From positions 310,001 to 374,000 of the forward strand of contig LSRY02000006.1 of the NCBI GenBank assembly GCA_001643675.2: a stretch of DNA of 64,000 bases, read 5' to 3'. Both the position numbers and the translations under genes were made by a program. Positions within the stretch are counted from its first letter, which is position 1. Each line of letters opens with the position of its first letter. The notes beneath the pieces are model-generated. The model saw nothing but the letters and a program-made list of their open reading frames with translations. It was not told where the DNA came from and did no database searches. Source of the DNA: Monocercomonoides exilis PA203 (lineage: Eukaryota > Protista > Preaxostyla). Below are positions 48,440 to 57,685 of the stretch, piece by piece.

Positions 48440-51400
48440 ATGCCATCAGGAATATGTTATCTGGTCTTTTTCATTCATCTTCACTGCACACATATGTGTT
48501 CCACAGATTATGAAGAAGACAGGAAAGAAGGAACAGAGGAATTTGAAAAGGAGATATTCCAAGACAGTTTTATTTCAAATGAAATTCAAAGCAGAAATAT
48601 GCATGAGAAAAATGCAACAGAAAAAAGATTTCGAGCTTATAGTATCCAAAAGGAAGACTTTGATGTTGTAAATAGCAAAAACGAAATTAAGTTTGACGTG
48701 GAAAACAAGAAAAGAAGAAAACCACTGAGATGCGTTGAAAGTGCACAAAAACATTGGAGTTCAAACAACGATGTTGAAGAAAGTTGGATTGAAGGTTGCC
48801 TGAAAATGATGAATTCTTCAGTTCTGTGGGCTGATGTGACAATCGTGGAAAGAACAAACAACTGTGTTATTGAAGCAAAACAGAAGAGTTTTGTGGAAAT
48901 GAGAGGATGCATTTTATCCATTGGTGAAGAAAACTCACCTTTGAAATTGACGGGGAGTTGTGCTGTTTTGGTGAATGTAACACTTGCATCATCAATTCAA
49001 CATCTTCATTCAATTCCTCCTCTTTTTGCTTCAGAACGATCAGAAAACCAATTTGAGTTTTTTGGAAGCATTTCAATGTGCTTTTCAAGATTTTCATCCT
49101 TTATGGTCTCAAGACCTCCATTTCTCTCATCCGCATTTATTGAGAGCATTTCACTTTCCAATTTGAATTTCTTCAATATCTCGACAATTCCAGCAAAAAC
49201 AGAATCTCATTCAACTTGCCAATGTGGAAAAGCAACCTCGATGAATTCTTGTTCTTTTCATTCAGTCTGTGATGTGGATGATGGAGGGATTATGCCCTCA
49301 ATCAACAACCCTTTGACTTCTTTAACTGCTTCAAACGCCTCATTTGTTGGATGTTGTCGGACAAGAAATGTGGAGTTCATAGGAAGTAAAGAAAAAAAGA
49401 AATATCCAGGAAGGCAGAACGAAACAGATGATGGACAGAACACATTCATTTGGTGTGAGTGGAACGGATCAAAGACAACAGGAACAAGCAATTCTGTTTC
49501 AGATAGAGTGTCAAGTGGAGGTGCAATTTGCATGAATAATATCAATTCCGGAGAGCTTTCTGTTTCACACAGTTTATTTTATAATTGTTTTGCATACAGC
49601 CGCGGTGGTGGAATTATGTGTCATACAATCAAATCTGTGCATATCGAAAATAATGCGTTCAATGTTTGTACTGCCCAAAATCAATATGGAGGAGGAATGT
49701 ATGCAGGTGTTATTATATCATGTATTCAGATAAGTGAATGCGAATTTCTCAAGTGCAAAGCTCAAAGTGAAGGAGGTGGGCTATTGCTTCATACTGTGGG
49801 TATCTCTGGTCCTGGATGTGTTGAAGAAGAAAAAGGTGAAGGAGAGAGTGCATGCGTGTTTGAATGCTCATTTATATCTTGCACAATTGAGGATATTGCT
49901 GGTGGAGGTATATTTTGTAAAAATATATCCTTCGCACAATTCAAAATGAGAAATGTCCAGTTTGCATTGTGTGCGGCTGGATCTCAAGGTGGTGGATTGT
50001 TTTTTTCTCCATGGCAACAATCATTTCCAAGCAACGACCATTATTTCTTTTTTCTTTTTTTCCACAAATGCAGAACCGAGTCAGCTCCATATGGTCATGA
50101 TGTGCTTTATGAAGATTATTTCTATCTGTATCGGAATCTTGAGAATCCGTTTTATGAATGTTACACAACTAATACAGACGAAAAGAGAGTGTGTTACTAT
50201 TATTATTCAGATGGGAATTGGATTGATCTTGAATCACAAAAAAAGGGCTGGTTGAAGAATGGGGTGATGGATAAATTTGTGGGAGAAACAGGAAATAATA
50301 CAAACAAATGGTGTGGAGTGAATAAGTTAAAGCCTTGCAAGACAATTGGATTTGCTGTTCAAAATACAATTTTTGATGTAACCTCGAATATTATTTTGGC
50401 GGAAGGAAATCACACAAGTGAAGCAACGAAAATTGAGATTGGAACAAAGAAGATTTCAGTAATTGGGAAAGGAAGAGAGGCGAGTTTGATTGGAACAGGA
50501 ACGCTTTCAGAAGCAGGAGCGCTGTTTAGCGTTTCGACAGGTCATCTTGGAATGAGTAACTTGAAGATTGATTGTGACTCAAATGCAAGTCCTTCTCCGA
50601 GTGTGGTTGTGGTGACTGATGGGGGTGGGTCACTCTCATTGGAGGATATTTTGATCACCATGAGCAATACTGGAGAATACGTGATATCATCATCAGTGTT
50701 TGTGGTATCGCTGTCGCAGCTGTCGATGGTTGATGTGGAAATCAAAGAAATAAATATTTCTCAATCATTGTTCTCAGAACCTGTTTTATCTTCTTCTTCG
50801 TCCTCTTCCTCTGCGTTGCTGTTGACAACCGCCACATCAAAAGAGAGCTCATTGGCAAATATCACGGTGAAGAATGTGAAGCTGGAGAGTGGAGACGGGG
50901 TGGTTGTAGCAAAATCAGTTGCTGAAGAGGAAACGCTTGCGGTGTGGAACACAACATTTGAAGATTGTGAGTGCGAGAGAGGCAGTGGTGGTGGTCTCAA
51001 AATAAAACTGGAATCAGCAACAAGCAAGTTTCGAATGGGACAAACAGCATCATCTAGTGGAGGAACAACTGCATTCTCTCAATGCTGTTGCAGTGGGAAT
51101 GGAGGAGGAGTGATGATGTGGCTTGCAGAAAATTCATTCGACTTTGAGATATCATCAGTGAGTTTTATGAATTGTGATGCAGGGTTGGGAGGGAAAGATG
51201 TGTTTGTGAATGGGAGCAGGCTGGTGAATGGAACAATAACAACCACAAAGCTGAATGTTGAACACAATGGATCTATTTACGATGAGCTGATGGGATATGA
51301 CCGGAATGAGGAAGAGATGGGAATATTCCCATTGAATGTGTTTTTTGATGCAATTTCTGGAGCAGCACATGTTGGGAAGAAAAAAGATGGATACGGAGGA

Positions 51401-54400
51401 TATGACTCGTGGGTTTGTGGGCTTGACTATTTTCCATGCAAAACGATCACAAAGGCAGCACAAAACAGATTCAGCTCGTCAAAGAAGAACATTGTGTTGG
51501 ATCCTGGATTTGAGTTGGCAGAAGTTGTCTCTATGGCAGGATCATATGAGTGGGAGGTGTATTGCGGGATAAACAAGACGGAAGTGAATGTGAAGGTTCC
51601 GAGTGAAATGACATCTTCGCATTTGATAATTGTTGAGAGCAAAAGTTCCATAAAGAACGTTGCCTTCCAAATTCCATTTCTGTTGTCAAGTGCAACATCA
51701 CTCATTGCTTTGACCAGCTCATCACTCACACTCACAGACTGTTCAGTTGCTCATTTGTCAGAGAGCACATCGAGTGTTTCCTTTGGATACAGCATTGTGA
51801 ATGTACAGAGTGGGAGTCTGAAAATGGAACGATTTGTGATGGAGGAAGGGCTGACATTCAATGGTCATTCAGCCATTGAATTTTGTGAAGGAATGACGAG
51901 TGTGATTTGTTCAGGATGCAATATCAGTGGAGTTGTGAAGAATAGTGGAGATGGAGGATGGATGAAAGGAACAGTTGGAACGAGTGGAACATTGGCAGTT
52001 GATGGATGCAATGTGAATGGGTGCAGTTGTGGTGGTGGAAAGGGAGGAGGAATATATGTTGAATTGAAGGGAAATGGGAAAGTGGTTGTGAATGGAACGA
52101 GTGTGATTGATGGGAATAAGGCAGAGAATAATGGAGGGAATGGAGGGAATGGAGGGAGAGGAGGGAGAGGAGGAGGGATGTTTGTGCTGATGGAGGGTGG
52201 GGGATGTGGATTGACAATTGGGCAGAATGTTGAGTTTTCGAAAGTGAGGGAGAATGTGGCAGAATATGGGAAGGATGTGTTTGTTCATTGTGGGAGTGGA
52301 GTGTTTTTGGAGTCAAAAGTGAATGCACAATCATTTGCATTCTTTGACACAAGCGCCATTCCATCAGATGTGCTGAAGCTGAGTGGGAGTGAAAATGGGG
52401 ATGAAAGTGGAGTGATTCCGCTGTTTGTGTATTTGTGCTCAATGGGGACAAAGGTGATTGTTGATGGGAGTGGCAGAAATGGGATGGACCACAGCCATTG
52501 TGGATTTGATGGATTCAGGTGTCAGACAGTTGATTATTGTGCGAATTCAAGGTTGAGTGAAAGTTCAAATGAAATTGAGGTTGTCTCATCTTCGTCAATA
52601 AGGGATGAAATTAAAATTTCTTTATTTGGTGTGAGTATTTCAGGCAGAATAGTGTCATCATCATCAGAGGAAGGGGAGAGGAAGCAGGTGAATGTGAGTG
52701 ATGAAGGATCAGCCACACAAGATTGGCTTGTGGGATGTTCGAGTTCACTGGCAATGAGCAGACTTTCATTTGTTGTGAAAGATCAGTTGAATTCAAGGAG
52801 AAAAGCATTCGTTCATTCAACATTAACAATCAACATGACAAACTGTTCAATCTCATTTGAGAGTGGGGCATTGACTGATGGAAAGATCGGATATAATGCG
52901 ATAAACATTGAGGGGGGAGAACTGATTGTTGATGGATTTGTGATGGAAGGGGGAGTGACACTGACAATGAGTGGGAAATCTCCAGTTGCTATTTCAAATG
53001 GAGTTGAATTGGAGATTTTGAATAGCAGGGTGATTGGAGTGGAGGTGAATGTGGCAGGTGGAAGTGGAGGAGGGGGATGTTTGAATGTTGGGATGAAGGA
53101 AGGTGGATGTGTGAATATTGAAGAAAGCAATTTGTCCTCGATCTGCTCAGGTGGAAGTGAGATGAAAGGAGGAGGGATGATGATATCAGTTGGAAGTGAA
53201 GGGAGTTTGGAAATGAAAAATGTGAATTTGTCTGAATGTGAAGTTCCATCAGAGGATAGTTCAGAGAAAAAAGGAGGATTAGGAGGAGCGGTATTCGCTG
53301 AACTGCCTGATCAAATGGGATCATTTGTGCTCGAAGGAATGAAATTTGAGGGATGTGATGCCTGGAAAGGGAAGAACATGTTTGTTTCAGGATGGGTTCT
53401 GAGCAAGATTGTGAACAAGGAGCACTTCAAATGGGAGATAAAGGAAGAAGAGTTGGGATCATTGGATGAGCTGTGTGGATGGGAGAGGAAGACAACAGGA
53501 GAGGGATATGTGATTCCATTGGTTGTGTATTTGTGGTCTAATTGGAGTGGGAATGGGTTTGTTTCGAAAGATGGAGGAGGAGACTTCAGTGGATGTGGCT
53601 TTTCTGAAGCACCATGTTCATCGATTGACCACCTGATATCACTGAGATATGAACCACTTGATGAAGGTGAATCCCACATCAGCATTGTGGATTCTGGGTT
53701 GCTGAGACATTCCATATCATTTTATTCCTCATCCACACAGGCTTCACAAGATTCAGAGTCACAAAAAATGGTGATTGAAGGAACAAAGAAAGGTACAGCA
53801 GTGATTATCAGCGATGAAGATGAGAATGATGCAAATGGCAGTCCATTAATATCATCAAGTGCGAGTCTCACACTAGCAAATCTATCATTCTCAAATCCAA
53901 ATCCAAATATTCATCATGAGGTATTGATCGAATCATCCGGAGCAAACATCTGTTTGTCAGTCGTGGATTGCTCATTTGGTTCATTGAATGGAATGGCAGA
54001 TGCAGGATTTTGTGTGATGAAAGTGAATGGAGGCAGAGTTGTTGTTCAAGGATGTTCGATGGATGCGGTTGACAAATTGAAAGGGTTCATCGCTTTCAGC
54101 GCAACAGCAACAAGGGAGGTGACTGTGGAGGATGTGAATATCTCGAATGTTGGGGTGAAAGAGAGAAGTCTGATATCGATGTTTGAGGATGAGCAGACGA
54201 ATGGGATGAAAACAAAAAGAGGGATAAACAGGGGAGAAAACAGGCATTCAAACAACGAAAAAGTGGTGATAAAAGTGAATGGGTCTTCGTTCACAAACAT
54301 CACAAATGGAGAAAACAGAGCAGGGGTGTTGAGTGCGGATTCATTTGCGAGGGCAATGGAGTGTGTGTTGGAGGGGTGTTCGGTTTCGAGTTGCAGGAGT

Positions 54401-57400
54401 GAAATGAGCGAGGAAGGAGGAGGGATGAAAGTGTGCTTGAAGAGAGGAGAATCAGAAGTGAGGGTTGTTGGATGCTCGTTGGGGATGTGCTCGTGCTCGG
54501 GGGTGAAGGGGAGAGGAGGAGGGGTGATGGTTGATGCGCTTGACCCGAATGAGGGTGGAGCCAGTGGATTCGGGCCTGTTGGGATAAGGATGGAGAATGT
54601 GAGGTTTGGGGGCAACGAGGCATTTGTGGGGAAGGATGTGTTCATCAGATGCGAGTCGATTGCCGAACAGATCAATGAGACATTGTTTGTGCTGGATCTC
54701 AGCCAGGATGCCCTGAAATCCTCCAACTCCATCTGTGGGTCAGACAAGGAGAGGGATGATGTTGATCTGATCCCTCTGATCACATTCTATTACGGCCAGC
54801 AGGTGTTTGTCTCTGCAAGTGGAAGAGATGACAGACAATGTGGGGCACAGAACAATCCTTGCCTGAGCATTGGCAGCGCTGTGAAGCACATTCAAAGAGG
54901 CATTGCAAATATGCTTCTGATTGATGGAGAAGGGGTGATTGGGGGAGTGTGTGTGATTGGGGATATGAATGTGAAGAGTCTGAAGAAGACTCGATCGATA
55001 ATCCATCTTGATGGAAAGATGGAGGCTGTGGGGGATGAAGGGAGTGTGGTTGTGTTTGTGAATGAAAGTGCTGTGGGGAAATGTGAATTCTTGTTTGGGT
55101 TGAGCTTTGAATCAGAGCATTCATGCATTGTGAAAGTGAAGAATGGAACATTGGGGGTGAGTGAGTGTTGGTGGAAGAGTGTTGGAATGATGATGCTTTT
55201 GAACAGCACAATTGTGGAAGTGGAGGGGGGAGAGCTGGAGATGGAGAAATGTGTTGTCAGCTGTGTTTCCACTTCACGAGAGATATTGTCAGTCTGTGAA
55301 GGGAGCAAGGCTGCGATATATCAGCTGAGGATGAGCGATATCGAGAGCGAGGATGGAGGGATTGTTGATGCGAATAAAGCAAAGATGGAGGCGAAGGAGA
55401 TGTCGATGAGCAACATCACCAGACAGAACAGAGGGAGCATTGTGAAGATCGTGGAATGTGCAGAAAGAGTGGATTTGATGAATTGCTCGATGAGGATGTG
55501 TTTGGGAAAAGAAGAGAGAGGATGGATGGTGAGTGTGTGCAAGTGTGAAAGTGTGAATGTTGATTGTTGTGAGTTTGATGGAGAAGAGAAAGAGAATGAA
55601 AAGAGATCAAGAAATGAGCAGGATGAAGGAGAAAGAAGAGAGGAGATATGCAAGTGGAATGGCTCAATGGTTGAATTTGAGAAGAGTGAAGTGGAGATGA
55701 AAGTGACTTCGATGAGAAACAGCATGAAAGGGGGATTGTCAGTGAGTGGAGGAAATGTGGTGATTGAGAAAGGAGAGTTTGTGAGCAACAATCCATCGAT
55801 TGGAAAATATCCCTCAGCTCGGAGAAACATATTGTGCTCGGATTCTGCTCAGCTGAATATCATGAGCTTGAAGGGAGGAGATGGGCAAGAGAAGAACACC
55901 TCCCTTTGGATTCTGAATGATGAATGCAGTTTGATGGGGATTGTTGAGGAGCGAGCATCGCCATTGTTCATCCCCACACTGCGAAGGGTGGAGACAGAGG
56001 AGAAGGAAGGGGTGCTGGATGTTGTGTTCAGGGGCACACTTCTTCTGCCATGCAACCTGTCGTTTCGGGTTGTTTCGTCGGTGGGGGATGTGGAGCAGAT
56101 GGAGACTCACGAGATAAGTGAGTCTGGGTTTGTGAGTGAAGAGGAAGTGCATGGCACAACTGGGTTGGAGATGGTGAGGGGAGCAGAGGCGAGTGCAGAA
56201 GTGAGGGTGTGCATCTTGTTTGGGGATGGCCATTCTCCCTCGGCAACTGAGTCGTTCATCCTGAAGAACAGGAGCGAGACTGATCCAAAGGGAGATGAAA
56301 GGATTGTTGAAGGAGGAAAAGAAGGAAAATCGATCTGGCCGATAATTGTTGTTATATTGGTTGTTATATTATTCATTGTTCTGATTGTATCTGTTGTTTT
56401 GGCCGTTCGATGGCGAAAACAAAAGAGAAGAACAGAAGAGTTGGAGATAATTGTGGAAGACACAGTGAAGAAGGATCCGAAGGCGTTTGAAATGGTGACG
56501 ATGGAGATGTCGCCTGAGGAGCAGTGGAGAAGAGCAGAGAGGGAGGCAGAGAAGAGGAATGATGAAAAAATAAAGAAGAGGGTGTATGGGAAGCAGATGC
56601 AGCATTCGGAGTCTGAAGAGCATCTTCTGTCTGAGAGTGGATCGACTGAATACATCCTTGGAAGGGACTCAGATAAGATCCCTCAATGGGCACTGGAGAA
56701 GGTTGATGAGAAGGAAGAGGAAGAAGAGGAAACAAGGAAGAGAACTCCTTCTCCATCCATCTCATCCACTTCAACAACTGATTCTGATTCGACTTTTGTT
56801 CGAGGAGAGGATCTTTGCCCAACCACATCATCAATGTCGAATCTGGTGGATGCAATGGCCTGCTCTTCACCTCATGAAAAGTTGATTGTGGACTTGAGGG
56901 ATTCTCTGTTCATGTTGCTCCATGGAAGGAATAAGACAAAGGAGATGACGATTGGCACTCTGCAGGAGAGGGAGCAGACAGCTGCTCAGATCCTGTTCTG
57001 GGTGGCAAATGGAGCTCTTCATTCATTTGATGAAATGGAAAATCCTCTCCAATCATTATCCAGTTTGAGTCCTCACATTGTATTGTTCTCGGAGCATATG
57101 GTCATCTGCATTGTGATGCATTCAGACCTTTTATCAGATGATGACTCAGATTCATCATCGATCTCCTCGTCAACTGTTGTGACTTCTGCAAGTGATGATG
57201 ACGACGAAGATGATGACTCCCTGCCCTCGTCTGCCTTTGAGGATGAGGATGACTTTAAAAAAGAGTGTTTGAGGTGGAAGGCGCCAGAGCTGCTGATCAA
57301 CAAGAAGATGGGTGCAACCAAGGAGTCGGTGGCATTCTCGATCGGGATGATGTTGTGGGAGTGTCTGACGCTCCAGATTCCGTTTGGTGATTATGAGGCA

Positions 57401-57685
57401 GAGGTGGCAGGGCAGAAGATCGTGAATGGGGAGAGGCCAGTCCTGGGCAGCGCGGGGCAATCGTCGTTCTGCTCTGTGGTTGAAAACTGCCTCAACAGCC
57501 TTTCGCAGAAGCGCCCATCCCTCACAACCCTCAAAAGAGAGCTCTTCCTGCATTTTCCGCCGGGAGCGATGGTCCTCACAGCCTCAGATGCCATCGATCG
57601 CACAGTGGATAGCCAGCAGTCTGGAAGAGGTGCTTCGAGTGAACTTGCTTGCAGCGAAAGCGAAATACTTGAAAATCGCTGCTGA
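48440..57685 (+). CDS. Giant intronless receptor-like protein: Cys/Gly-rich beta-helix-like ectodomain, single TM, cytosolic TKL-like pseudokinase (~3080 aa)
   Basis: Many GG[AG][ILMV] motifs with nearby FxxC, five CGxxxx(x)[PR]C modules, TM IWPIIVVILVVILFIVLIVSVVLAV then RWRKQKRR. Kinase C-lobe motifs RWKAPE, AFSIGMMLWECLT..PF, GERP, KRPS. No HRD or DFG. Confidence 0.9.
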   Translation: MPSGICYLVFFIHLHCTHMCSTDYEEDRKEGTEEFEKEIFQDSFISNEIQSRNMHEKNATEKRFRAYSIQKEDFDVVNSKNEIKFDVENKKRRKPLRCVESAQKHWSSNNDVEESWIEGCLKMMNSSVLWADVTIVERTNNCVIEAKQKSFVEMRGCILSIGEENSPLKLTGSCAVLVNVTLASSIQHLHSIPPLFASERSENQFEFFGSISMCFSRFSSFMVSRPPFLSSAFIESISLSNLNFFNISTIPAKTESHSTCQCGKATSMNSCSFHSVCDVDDGGIMPSINNPLTSLTASNASFVGCCRTRNVEFIGSKEKKKYPGRQNETDDGQNTFIWCEWNGSKTTGTSNSVSDRVSSGGAICMNNINSGELSVSHSLFYNCFAYSRGGGIMCHTIKSVHIENNAFNVCTAQNQYGGGMYAGVIISCIQISECEFLKCKAQSEGGGLLLHTVGISGPGCVEEEKGEGESACVFECSFISCTIEDIAGGGIFCKNISFAQFKMRNVQFALCAAGSQGGGLFFSPWQQSFPSNDHYFFFLFFHKCRTESAPYGHDVLYEDYFYLYRNLENPFYECYTTNTDEKRVCYYYYSDGNWIDLESQKKGWLKNGVMDKFVGETGNNTNKWCGVNKLKPCKTIGFAVQNTIFDVTSNIILAEGNHTSEATKIEIGTKKISVIGKGREASLIGTGTLSEAGALFSVSTGHLGMSNLKIDCDSNASPSPSVVVVTDGGGSLSLEDILITMSNTGEYVISSSVFVVSLSQLSMVDVEIKEINISQSLFSEPVLSSSSSSSSALLLTTATSKESSLANITVKNVKLESGDGVVVAKSVAEEETLAVWNTTFEDCECERGSGGGLKIKLESATSKFRMGQTASSSGGTTAFSQCCCSGNGGGVMMWLAENSFDFEISSVSFMNCDAGLGGKDVFVNGSRLVNGTITTTKLNVEHNGSIYDELMGYDRNEEEMGIFPLNVFFDAISGAAHVGKKKDGYGGYDSWVCGLDYFPCKTITKAAQNRFSSSKKNIVLDPGFELAEVVSMAGSYEWEVYCGINKTEVNVKVPSEMTSSHLIIVESKSSIKNVAFQIPFLLSSATSLIALTSSSLTLTDCSVAHLSESTSSVSFGYSIVNVQSGSLKMERFVMEEGLTFNGHSAIEFCEGMTSVICSGCNISGVVKNSGDGGWMKGTVGTSGTLAVDGCNVNGCSCGGGKGGGIYVELKGNGKVVVNGTSVIDGNKAENNGGNGGNGGRGGRGGGMFVLMEGGGCGLTIGQNVEFSKVRENVAEYGKDVFVHCGSGVFLESKVNAQSFAFFDTSAIPSDVLKLSGSENGDESGVIPLFVYLCSMGTKVIVDGSGRNGMDHSHCGFDGFRCQTVDYCANSRLSESSNEIEVVSSSSIRDEIKISLFGVSISGRIVSSSSEEGERKQVNVSDEGSATQDWLVGCSSSLAMSRLSFVVKDQLNSRRKAFVHSTLTINMTNCSISFESGALTDGKIGYNAINIEGGELIVDGFVMEGGVTLTMSGKSPVAISNGVELEILNSRVIGVEVNVAGGSGGGGCLNVGMKEGGCVNIEESNLSSICSGGSEMKGGGMMISVGSEGSLEMKNVNLSECEVPSEDSSEKKGGLGGAVFAELPDQMGSFVLEGMKFEGCDAWKGKNMFVSGWVLSKIVNKEHFKWEIKEEELGSLDELCGWERKTTGEGYVIPLVVYLWSNWSGNGFVSKDGGGDFSGCGFSEAPCSSIDHLISLRYEPLDEGESHISIVDSGLLRHSISFYSSSTQASQDSESQKMVIEGTKKGTAVIISDEDENDANGSPLISSSASLTLANLSFSNPNPNIHHEVLIESSGANICLSVVDCSFGSLNGMADAGFCVMKVNGGRVVVQGCSMDAVDKLKGFIAFSATATREVTVEDVNISNVGVKERSLISMFEDEQTNGMKTKRGINRGENRHSNNEKVVIKVNGSSFTNITNGENRAGVLSADSFARAMECVLEGCSVSSCRSEMSEEGGGMKVCLKRGESEVRVVGCSLGMCSCSGVKGRGGGVMVDALDPNEGGASGFGPVGIRMENVRFGGNEAFVGKDVFIRCESIAEQINETLFVLDLSQDALKSSNSICGSDKERDDVDLIPLITFYYGQQVFVSASGRDDRQCGAQNNPCLSIGSAVKHIQRGIANMLLIDGEGVIGGVCVIGDMNVKSLKKTRSIIHLDGKMEAVGDEGSVVVFVNESAVGKCEFLFGLSFESEHSCIVKVKNGTLGVSECWWKSVGMMMLLNSTIVEVEGGELEMEKCVVSCVSTSREILSVCEGSKAAIYQLRMSDIESEDGGIVDANKAKMEAKEMSMSNITRQNRGSIVKIVECAERVDLMNCSMRMCLGKEERGWMVSVCKCESVNVDCCEFDGEEKENEKRSRNEQDEGERREEICKWNGSMVEFEKSEVEMKVTSMRNSMKGGLSVSGGNVVIEKGEFVSNNPSIGKYPSARRNILCSDSAQLNIMSLKGGDGQEKNTSLWILNDECSLMGIVEERASPLFIPTLRRVETEEKEGVLDVVFRGTLLLPCNLSFRVVSSVGDVEQMETHEISESGFVSEEEVHGTTGLEMVRGAEASAEVRVCILFGDGHSPSATESFILKNRSETDPKGDERIVEGGKEGKSIWPIIVVILVVILFIVLIVSVVLAVRWRKQKRRTEELEIIVEDTVKKDPKAFEMVTMEMSPEEQWRRAEREAEKRNDEKIKKRVYGKQMQHSESEEHLLSESGSTEYILGRDSDKIPQWALEKVDEKEEEEEETRKRTPSPSISSTSTTDSDSTFVRGEDLCPTTSSMSNLVDAMACSSPHEKLIVDLRDSLFMLLHGRNKTKEMTIGTLQEREQTAAQILFWVANGALHSFDEMENPLQSLSSLSPHIVLFSEHMVICIVMHSDLLSDDDSDSSSISSSTVVTSASDDDDEDDDSLPSSAFEDEDDFKKECLRWKAPELLINKKMGATKESVAFSIGMMLWECLTLQIPFGDYEAEVAGQKIVNGERPVLGSAGQSSFCSVVENCLNSLSQKRPSLTTLKRELFLHFPPGAMVLTASDAIDRTVDSQQSGRGASSELACSESEILENRC

